Positions 37,901-48,014 of a DNA stretch of 64,000 bases are shown in pieces. Within the stretch, counting starts at the first letter, position 1. Each line of letters starts with the position of its first letter. Under the pieces are notes generated by a model that was not told the origin of the DNA, did not search any database, and saw nothing but the letters and a program-made list of their open reading frames with translations. The DNA comes from Thalia democratica (Eukaryota), in NCBI GenBank assembly GCA_965202585.1, contig OZ241832.1:52328001-52392000 (forward strand), written 5' to 3'. The position numbers were made by a program, and so were the translations under genes.

Positions 37901-40900
37901 ACTTATAAACAAAAACATTATATTTAAAAATATAAGCAGCTAAACTCTGAAATAGTTTGTAGGGAAAATAATCATACACTTTTCAGCATCTTTATAAAAA
38001 TTTACGTCTCCCTCGTGCGTCTTTAGTTATAATTTATGTAGCTGATGGTTTAGCAATAAGCTACATTAAATATTGTAACTTTTTTAGATTCTTTCATTAA
38101 AAAGAATATTTAACAGATGTTCAAAGCGGGCTCAGTGAAGATTGGTTCAATTGAATAAGCTAAATTCTATTTTGTAATAATAGATATAAACAGATCAACA
38201 TAACTGATATTCGGTTCACATATTTAAGTCTTCTGTATCATTAAAAAAATATATGATACAGAAGAACTTAAATATGGAAATAGAAAATCATATTTTGTTA
38301 CAGCAACAAGTTTAAATCTTACAGTTAACAAACTTAAATTAAAATATATATTACCAGATCAAAATTAGTGAAATTCGGTTCACTTATTAAAGCTTTCTGT
38401 ATCATTCAAAAAATATATAATACATAATAACTTAAATTTGAAAACAAAATATCATCATAAGTTGTAAAACTTAAAATACTAATGAATTTTTTTTCCAACT
38501 AGTGAAATCCGGTTACCACATTTAAGTTTTCTGTATCATTTTTCTAAGACATATGGTACAGAAATACTTAAATATGAAAACAAAACATCATGTTTGTTAA
38601 AAAACAACTTACTAAACATTGAAATAAAGCAACTTTGTTAAGTCGTTTTACTTCATTTTACAAATTGTTTTTTATCTTTAAAAACTACTTGATATTTAAA
38701 AAATGCACATCTGCGTAAAATTATTTTTTTATGTTTTATATATAATTATTTAGTTTCGTACAAAGTGAAATGATATTGTTGCCTGAATTGCTTTTTATTT
38801 ACAAAATAAGTGAAAATATAAGTAATAAAAATTTAACTTAAACAACTTTTTTTTTACTCGGCTAAACTAGATCTGAACTTTTATCTACAGCTCCTTCTCA
38901 AAATTGTTAAAAATATCTGTTTTTTGTAAAAATATGCGAGTTAGTTGTGCAATACACCTCAAATAGTGGGAAAAGAGAAAGTGTGGTTTGAGTTGTAGCG
39001 CGAAAATACATTTCACATATAGACTGGTTCTGGTTCAATCAAAAAAGTAAGGAGTTTTGGAAAAAAAAATTTGGTTAGAAACTAAGTTCACACTGATTGT
39101 GTTCATAATTGTATGTCAAGTTTTATTCATTTTTCTGTTTTTTTATACTTAGCGCGAACAAAAATTTAACTTACAAACTGATTCTTCTTTAACCACCAAT
39201 TGTTAACTTTGTAAATTTAAATATACCGTATTTAGTTCATAAAATCAGTGTGTAGGCATAAACTAATACTATTATTGGGAACTATTAATATTAAAAAAAA
39301 ACTATAACTTGAAGCTTTCAACTGTTTTGTAAACTATTAAACATAAATAAGATGCTGTATATAATTTTGCTTTAATTTCAAATATTGATATTTAGATTAT
39401 TTGTATATTTTTCCACTGTTTATACAAAAATAAATAAAATGTGAAACCAAAGATCCTACGATTGTTAGACCAACCAAGAATTTTTATAAAGTTTTGACTA
39501 AATTGAATTTTGTGATGTTTGGCTCACATATTCAAGTCTTCTGTATCATTCAAAAAACATATGGTACGTAATTACTTGAATATGCAAATAGAAAACCATA
39601 TTTTGTAACAGTAACAAATATACATTTTCAAATTTAAATAACCAGACCAAAATTAGTGATATTCGGTTCACACATTCAAGTTTTCTGTATCACGTTATGA
39701 ATTATATGATACATAAATACTTAAATATGTAAACAAATATCATCAAGAATTGTAAAACTTCAAATATTAGTGAGTTATTCATTTCCAAAACTAGTGAAAT
39801 CCGGTTCCCATATTTAAGTTTTCTGTATCATTATGTGTAAGGTATATGTTACAGAAATACTTAAATATGGAAACAAAACATCATGCTTGTAAAAAAATCT
39901 TACTAAAACTTGAAATAAAACAACTTTGTTTAGTCATTTTACTTTATTTTTCAAATTATTTTTTAACTTTAAAAACTTACTTGACAGCTAAAAATGCACG
40001 TTCAGTGTAAAATTAACTTTGTTCTAGTTTAATACAAACTGAAATAAAACGGTTGCTTAAAATGTTTTTTTTTTAATATAAAATAAAAGAGAGAATGAGT
40101 AGTAAAAAGTTAACAGAACTCACTTATTTTTTGCCTGGACAAACTAATTTTGAACTTTTATCAACAGCTGCATCTCAAAACTGTTGCGAAACTTTGTTTT
40201 TTGTGATAGAATGCGAGTTATTTGCGTCAGACTACTTAAAAGCGTGAGAGCAGAGGAAATGTAATTTGATCCTGTGATGAAATCAGTCTTACATTGACTG
40301 TGTGACGCGGGCGTTTTTTACGATAGACTGATTCTGTCTTATGCGCATAAGTATGATTTTTGTGAAAATATGTCCCTATCCATTTCAATAAACTTTTAAT
40401 ATCGATGATCTAATTTTTACAACAACCAGAGTTTTAGTATTTAAAATTTAACAAGTATGTTTGACACTATTACATGTTAACCACTTTTTGAGTCAGAAAA
40501 TAAGCCTGAGTGACTAAAGACTAGACTTAGTACACAAGCTAATCTTAAGGAGTGGTATATATAAGCAAAAAACTAATTTAAATTACAATGAAAATTAGAC
40601 ATTTATAGATCTTGAATTATTTAAATATTAACAATTAATTACAAATTAAAAAATTTCAAGTAAAGCAACAGTTGAAGATTTTTAAAAGATATCAAAATAA
40701 ACCCAATATTTTTAATGAAATTATAACTAGTCTCAGTCAAGCCGAGTTTTTGTAAATATATTAAAACTAGCCTCAGTTGGTCTAGGTTTTTCATGATTTA
40801 AAACTAGACTTAATTATTCTTAGAGAGCTAAGTATGTGACAGCCCTGATATTATTGACCCTTCCTATACTTTAATTTTATTATAAGTAAAAAATAATTGA

Positions 40901-41264
40901 TTTTTTTTTGCCTAACTAATTTTTTGTCAAATATCAGTTGGTTAAGCTGATTAATATAGTGATTTTTAATGTAGCAAAACGATTTTAAACAATAAAAGTT
41001 AATAAAATTAAACATTAATAGAACAGTTTTATTTTGTTTTAAGAATCTATGAGATTTGCTCACTTCGCTTTTTTTTTTGGGCAGCTAAGGGTGGAAGAAT
41101 TTTTACATAAGATAACAGAATAGTACTAGGAGAGTACAAAAATTGTCGTTTTATTAACAACTTATTATTTTTATCTGTTTATTAAAATATAAGTTATTCA
41201 AAATAACCTAAATATGAAACCTAAATATGAAAGAAATAACCTAAATAATATGAAAATAAGTCTC

Positions 41265-41334
41265 GTGCACCCTAAAGAATTTCATGTACACTAGAGTGCA
41301 GCAGTGTACACCGTGCCGACCACTGCTCTAGATC
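41265..41334. mobile_element. Right-end fragment of a hAT MITE that terminates the array
   Basis: Ends GTGCCGACCACTG followed by CTCTAGAT (Charlie-type target); partner left TIR not found. Confidence 0.45.
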
Positions 41335-42610
41335 TACTTTTAATGGAAGCTAAAAAGTACATGAAAGCAGTGTATGGAGTTGAAAACTCAACAATAGTAG
41401 AAGTTCTAATAAAAATTAAAAAACAAGCAATGTAAAACAGCAAGAAGAAGTAAAATCTCAAAAAGAAAAATGTTATAGTTTAAATAATTATATATTTTTG
41501 TTTTTATTCACTATTATAAACTCCAAAATATTTAGGTAGGTTAGTTTTATAATTGAGTTTGACTAGCAAAATTTTAAAAACGTACCCCCACCTCACTAAT
41601 TATTGTCTCCCGACTTACCAAACTCGATAAAAAATGATAAAATTGCCTTCTTTGGAAACCCTGGCGTATACTCTGTCTATAAAGTATTTTGACTGCAGAA
41701 ATAACTTCTGTAACATATAATTTAAATATATGACTTATTATATAACAATTAATTGAAAACGTTAGTTTAAGTATTGAAAAATTTTAATAAAGACGTTTTC
41801 TGTTGAGATAACTTTTTTTTTTTAATTTTACTTTAGGAAAGATATAGTAAGTTCAGCATTTAAAAAACATGAGATAAAATTGAAACACAACACAACTCTA
41901 TTTTATATTTTCCTTAAAATTCTTTTTCGCCTAGTGGCTTCTAGTTGCCTATGACTTTGTAAAGTGATTTAGAATAAAGCGACTTAGTTATCAAAAAATA
42001 AATAGAGATTTAAAGTTAGTATTTTTTACTTTAAAAGGAAGGAATTATTAAACTAACTATTTCAAAAAATAAAAGATATCTAAAAAAAAGAAAAAGTAAG
42101 TTTCTTATAGAAGCTAAGCTAATCGAAACTTTTTTACAATTTTTTAACTTATTAATTTTACAACTCTTTATAGCTAAAAAAGTTTATGAAACACCTTACT
42201 ATATTATTTAACAAAAGTAGTTATGGCTTAAATAAAAAAAACTTTTTTACAAAGTCGTAAATTTTACAACCTTGCAGTATAGAAATTTCTATTATTCATT
42301 TGTAATTATACGTTTTCGAGCCGGATGAATTATGACGAAAAATACAGGGTAAGTGGAGTGGCGAAGCGCTTACTCAGTGAAAAACTTTAATAAATAGTTA
42401 AAGTTGAATTAGATATATAGATCTGATCAAAACTGTTCTTTTTGAACATAACATACCCTTCGTTTTATTTTTACAACTTATTGAGCATATTTACTATTTG
42501 TTGTAACTGATTATATGTCAAATACTTTTTGTGTTAAAGATAGTAAATTTCCAATGAATTAAAATTGCATTTATACGGTTACATGACAATTCAAACTTCG
42601 ATAACTTAAA

Positions 42611-42928
42611 TTCTTAAGAAATATCTAGGATACCATATCTCTAAAGTAACATATATTTGAAATAAATTTAAAATACTTATGTTGGTCTTTAAAATATTTA
42701 CAAGCCATTTGTTTTTTTGCGAAGTTTTAAGTAGATTTAAAGATACTTTATAATTACTAAAAATTACTATACTTATAAACTTATTAAAGCCATATCTAAA
42801 AAATATTTGAAACTTTGCAAAAACAAAAAATGGCTTGTAAATATTTAAAAGACCAACATACGTATTTTAAACTTAAATTATTTTAAATTAACTTTTGAAA
42901 TATGGTCTCTTAGATATACTTTTAAGAA
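42611..42928. mobile_element. Foldback-type MITE with ~120-bp imperfect inverted arms
   Basis: For example ATGTTGGTCTTTAAAATATTTACAAGCCATTT vs AAATGGCTTGTAAATATTTAAAAGACCAACAT. Confidence 0.7.
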
Positions 42929-43650
42929 TTAGAGTTTGCGTGTACCCACTTTATACAAACCATTATATATAACCTTTTTATCTAAGCTTTAAGTTAATTT
43001 TTGTTTAAAAAACGATTGAAAGCTTACAACGTTTTTGGTATTAAAAAACTACCATTAGTTTGTTTCTTAAACAATAAAAATTAGTAATAGTGGTTATTCT
43101 GTAACTATTAAATAATTTATAAAGAAAATCATGTTTTGTAACGGTAAGTTATATGAAAACTTCATTGTTATCTATATAACTTCGAACAAATTTCAAAATA
43201 CTGTTACTACTTAAAATTTCTAATAAAAAGTATTTAGTTTCTAACTAATATGTCAAACACTATAACTTGGTATTTGAAAATAATATCTAATTTCTTTTCT
43301 TTTTGAATAGAGTGCATACAACAAAAATACATTGTTTCTCAAATGTACATAATGGTTTATAGAACCAAAAGTAAAATAACACAATTTTTTTTCATTGTTA
43401 TGGTTAATATATAAACACTCAGTAGAGCACTCAAACTATGTTCTTATTACAAATGCTTTGTAGTATAAAGACATCAAAAAAAACAGTATATACTTGTCTT
43501 TTAGTAGATAAATACTATACTGTTTTATGTTTATATAATTTAATAAACGAATAGGTTGTACAATTTATATAAATATTTAAGCCATGCAGAAGTCAGTGTT
43601 GGTTATTACAAATTTAACTTTTTTAATGAATAAAAGAACACTCAAATCTT

Positions 43651-43700
43651 TTCATTCCAATATATTTCGTCAAATTCTCTTCAGGGAAACTACAATTGAA
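43651..43700 (-). ncRNA. Inverted second copy of the minimal hammerhead ribozyme
   Basis: Reverse complement of the 44139-44188 motif. Confidence 0.7.
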
Positions 43701-44138
43701 ACAATTGTAGTTTACAAATTTAAATGCTGCTGTAACAGCAGCTACATTGGTCAAACTTCTCGACACCTCACAACTAGAATAAAGGAACATGTTCCCAAGT
43801 GTATCACTTCATATATTAAAGACGAAAAGAGTATTGCAGTCAAAATTGCAATAAAAAAATCTGCGATAGTAGAACACCTTGTAAATAATCCAAGTTGTGG
43901 AAAAAAGTTTGCATTATCTAATTTCAGTGTAATGCGACAATGTTCAAATACATTTAAACAAACCAAATTTATGCAAAAAGAAATAATTTGATTACACCCT
44001 AGCCTTATTTAGTTAAGACCATTTTGTGTTGATTTTTAAAGCTTTGTTGATTACATTTATGTTTACTTAATTGATCAGTTAATTAGTTTGTAAAAAATAT
44101 TATTTTTTATATATACGTGTTGTGTTTTATTTTATTGT

Positions 44139-44188
44139 TTCAATTGTAGTTTCCCTGAAGAGAATTTGACGAAATATATTGGAATGAA
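44139..44188 (+). ncRNA. Minimal type I hammerhead ribozyme (Penelope pseudo-LTR)
   Basis: TTCC-CTGAAGA-G(AATTTGA)C-GAAA-TATA-T-T-GGAA: stem I TTCC/GGAA, core CUGANGA and GAAA, 1-bp stem II, palindromic short stem III. Confidence 0.7.
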
Positions 44189-45524
44189 AAAATTTGAGTG
44201 TTCTTTTATTCATTAAAAAATTATAAAATAAAGTCTGATGTTTAAATTATTAAAAATCTAACTTTGTCAACTAAATTTTTGTTTCATTGTTAGGTTTACT
44301 AATTTTAATAACTATAAACGCCACGAAAGTTAAGACATATATATTTTTGCAGTTTGATTTTAAAAGTTCAAACTAAAAAACTTTAATCTGTATTGAGTTG
44401 AAGTTTATTCAGTTTAGCTTTATAGTTTGTCTAACATTTCATTAATATTAATAATATAAGTAAGTAAGGGTAAAATTATCATCATAATGAAGTATGGAAG
44501 CTCATATTTGTGTAAAATGTATTATAATGTTTGAAAATTACTTTATATGTTTAGTATTTTGAATTATATGCACTAAGTCAACAAGTTACGACCTTTAGTT
44601 TTAAAGAAGTATGTACTATGATTATAACTGATGTCAATAGGACTGCTATAACAAAAACACTTTTTTTGTTTACTTTTACAAAATTAATGATTATATAACA
44701 GTATGATAATGTTGTAGATTTTTTATTCATCATTTTGTAATAACTAAATATAATATACACCGTCAATTGCGATAATGTTTACTTAAAATAGTTAAGTGAT
44801 AAAATTAACAAAATTTGTGTAAATGGTATTGAGTAAAAATTTTAAATCATCACACTTTCCAGTAATTTTAATTATTTAAACTTGTAATACTATTATTACA
44901 TTAAAAATAACAGCGTATTATTAATAAGCATTATTTTTCCAATCTTTTTTAATTTTCTATTTAGAAGCCGTTATAGTTTTTCAAAGCTTTTGTAAATAAA
45001 CAAAAACAATTTATATATCGAACTAAATTAGATGTGAGAAGTTTATTTTTTTAAACTGATAGTTTTGCCTCATAAATTATTCCAACTAATATGACCACAA
45101 AACGTTTTTTTTTGTTTTTGTTACATACAGGGAAGTGTTTGTTTTACCAAAATTAAACAGTTTCCTCAAACTAACGCAAAACTAGTGTATATACTCAGCA
45201 TGTTTTTCAAAAGCCACTGTTCAAAGCACAATAACTTTAAGAGATTTAACACAGAAAGAGCTTGAAGTTTTAGAAACATTTTTATTTACGTACAGTTGCA
45301 TTGAAAACCTTTTTTTTATCGTGTGCAGCTTATCAATGACAGTAGATTTTGTTTTCTCCTATCGAGATAAACTAGGTAAATTTAGTTAAAAGTACAATCA
45401 AAACTTCACAGCAAAGCTTGGCCACGCTCGTGATTTTGTTTTATGAACACTTGCGGTTTTATATTATTAACTTAAAGGTTTCACCTTGATTGTTTTTAGA
45501 TCACACTTCAAGCTGTTGTAAAAA

Positions 45525-46844
45525 ATGAAGGTCACAACAGCGGTCTTTTGCGTCCTGACGTTCTGCTTGTGCGCAACGTTCAGGTGCTTCGAAAATGCGC
45601 GACTGGCAGGGAGAGTGCAAAACGAACAGCCACGGGAAAATACTCATCCGCCAAGAAAAAGGCGTCCGTACTGATCGCACCCACTTTCGCAACGTGCCCG
45701 GAAACCAGCTCAAGCTCGTCTTTCTCGTCAAACGTGTGAAATATGACGAGAACAGCGATGACCAGTGGAATTGCAGCCCGCGCGCCATGAGATACTATTG
45801 GAGATCGTTAGTACATTTTTTTTATTGAAAACTTTAAAACAATTAAGATATAAAAAAACAGCAACAATATTGTTCTGTATGCCTTTTAACTTTTGTTTAA
45901 AAGCTTAACAATTGGACCCACTTTATTTTGTTAAAAGCTAACCCGTTTCAAAGAAGACTCGCTATTAACATTCGCAGCAAATTGAATAAGGAAAAAATGA
46001 TCAACACGACTCTGATGGTGGATCAAGTGGGAAGCGCTAACAGGCAGTTTAACCTCGACATAGGATCAGTCGACTTGAACGATGTTCGTTCGTGTGGGGT
46101 ATCGTCCTGACCACGGAGGATCCGAAACAGAAGTTCGACTGCTGCAGGATCGAGAATTACTTAAAAGATGACTTCAATGAGAATTGGGACGAAATGGCAA
46201 ACCGAGTTCACAATTACGCAAAGTGCGAGTTCCACCACCGGTTCCCCGCTCCCACTCACGCCGTGCGCAAGGGAGGGTTGTACTTCAGGGAAAGTCCCTT
46301 CAAGCAGGGCTACGAAAGGCTGATGCGCATGGACTTCAGCGAGTTGGTTCCGAAATCACAGAACAGAAATGATTTTCGCATTGTACGATAATGCGTTTGA
46401 AGGCAGCCTTCACACGTGCCCCCTACACGTCGAGTTGTGAGTTTGAACTTCTGTGTTCTATTTGTTGTTAGTTGATTGCTGTAACAACAAATTTTGTACC
46501 TCGCTTGTTTAATTGGTTTTAGTAAAGCTTGATATTTTTTATTGTTTTAGTGCTTTTTTACTTATAATTCAGAAATAAGAAAAATGGTAACTTTTTAGAG
46601 TTTTATTTTATTTAAACTTTATTTGCGCAGGAACTCGATTAATAACCGTCATCTTATTAAAGTCGCTAGCTTTTACAACAAAAAAGCCTACGGAAGCCAT
46701 ATAAACTACAGTTGGAAAGAATTTACCAGCTTGCCTTTGGATAAGTTGATAGGCAAAGGAGTGGCAATTATCTACAGCGGCAGCGTACACAAAAGGTGCT
46801 GCAACATAAAACCTGCTCATTCGACCAAATTTGAAAATTTGTAA
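45525..46844 (+). pseudogene. Secreted protein with two degenerate Cu/Zn-SOD-like domains; exons 45525-45806, 45954-46436, 46631-46844; three frameshifts (pseudogene or recoded gene)
   Basis: Signal peptide MKVTTAVFCVLTFCLC; both domains end alike (DLNDV.VWGIVL...KFDCCRI and PLDKLIGKGVAII...KRCCNI). Canonical GT-AG sites join the segments in phase only after removing 1+2+1 nt (979-4=975 nt, 324 aa). Confidence 0.65.
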
Positions 46845-48014
46845 AATGTTTGCTGCTCTTTCTAATTTTAGTCAAATAAACTCCTACTTCATACCACGAT
46901 ATGTATATTGTTTAGAACAGAAAATCAAAGTGTGGGTTCTATATACTTTTAAGATTATTTACGAAAAGTAATAAAATGTAATATTTACATATGCAAAGCT
47001 AATTAAGCTTATTTGATTGTAAATTAATTTTATTCGAATGGACGTTGCTTCATGTGTTTAGGCTTTAATAAAGGTTGTAATTAACTTGAAAAAAGTATAA
47101 AGAATAATAAATTAAGTCACTCATAAGTAATCTAAAAGTATACTAAAAACTTAAATAGGATGTTAAAGATAACTATGCTTTAGCTGTACACTCTTTAAAA
47201 AGAATTGTCACAGTATACAATAAAATTTATGTAAATATATTTTACATACAAATGCTTGCTTACAAGTATAAATAAACAAAATGTATAATTTTACAGATAT
47301 GTATTTTAAAATGTAGTAGAAAATTACATGTAGCTGTTAAACAGACTTAAGTTTAGCTATAAATCTTGAAAAAATGGAAACACTTTTTTAAGCTTTTTTA
47401 ACAACATTCATTTTTTACGAAATGTACGTAAATTAAAAGTTTTCTCCGAACTTAAAAAAAGCGTTTAAAAAAGTGGTAGATGGTTTCTTTGTTAACTTTT
47501 TCACCATTTTTTAAGTATAATAAATGATAGCATAAGAAACTTGTATAAATTGTTTATATGCGCAAAAACAATGCTTGGATCAGTAGACAAACAATTTTGA
47601 ATCGTATAATTTTCAACTAAAACTTTAAAAGTTTGTAAATAGGTTTTGCTTACACTGTTTAGTTCCCCTGTTTAGTTTTTAAGTTATTTAATCCAATTTG
47701 ATTATAGCTAGGAAACTGATTTTTTCATAGGATTATAAACGATGAAATTTTTTTTCAGAGTTCCACTTAAAGATTTTAATTTTTGAAGGGCGCCGAGTTC
47801 CTTTTGCACAGTAGTACACTTTGCTTTTACTTAACTGTAACTAATAAGTATTACAAAACGTACTTGCATACATATTAAGCAACGTTTTAAATCAGGTATT
47901 TTATTGCTTAAACTACATTACATGCAGATTGCAGGTTCAAAACTTTAAAAATTGACTTTGTATTTAGGATTAAAACAATCAATTAGGCAGCCATGGCATT
48001 TATGATAAGGTTCT

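Larger units (their letters stand above)
26083..39885 (+). ncRNA. Candidate polycistronic pri-miRNA cluster: about 39 related hairpins. Starts in unit 1: 26083, 26220, 26361, 26497, 26971, 27110, 27245, 27616, 27780, 27916, ~28835, 28951, 29074, 29213. About 12 more in 31942-35165 and 13 in 36582-39885.
   Basis: Consensus GTGAAATTCGGTTCA-CATATTTAAGTYTTCTGTATCA-(13-16-nt variable loop)-TGRTACAGAARTACTTRAATATG-RAAAYARAA; ~22-bp stem with a 1-nt bulge plus a basal stem. Function is inferred, not shown. Confidence 0.6.
23975..41235 (+). repeat. Higher-order tandem array X1-Y1-X2-Y2-Z-Y3-Z-(Y4 stub): ~5.9-kb duplication (23975-29895 vs about 29900-35755) and ~4.72-kb duplication (Y2/Z vs Y3/Z)
   Basis: Homologous landmarks are offset by 5866-5924 bp (25024/30948, 28306/34172, 29578/35446) and 4718-4722 bp (32499/37217, 34172/38891, 35446/40168). 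Z segments at about 35757-36445 and 40477-41165. Confidence 0.95.
43620..44220 (+). mobile_element. 5'-truncated Penelope-like retroelement: GIY-YIG endonuclease remnant between inverted pseudo-LTRs
   Basis: VVYKFKCCCNSSYIGQTSRHLTTRIKEH...SAIVEHL is the typical PLE GIY-YIG motif; 43620-43706 is a near-perfect inverted copy of 44134-44220. Confidence 0.85.

Noticed and set aside
26083-39885. CRISPR-like repeat/spacer array
   Set aside because: Eukaryotic intron-containing context, no cas genes, and the inter-repeat sequences are homologous to each other rather than unique spacers.
22156-41663. One giant hAT element enclosing the whole array (CATGGTTTTCCAAA ... TTTGGAAACCCTG)
   Set aside because: Flanks (GACTAGAT vs GCGTATAC) do not match as a TSD, and this TIR belongs to the abundant small MITE family.
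42318-42345. Hammerhead-like CGGATGA...GACGAAA
   Set aside because: The invariant U of CUGANGA is missing and no stem I or III is evident.
45583-45608. 26-nt GT-AG mini-intron explaining the first frameshift
   Set aside because: Removing it leads into the frame that stops at 45739, not the frame that reaches the exon 1 donor.
46102-46112. Antizyme-type +1 frameshift at TCC TGA
   Set aside because: A +1 shift there enters a frame that stops within about 20 codons; the continuing domain needs the other frame.
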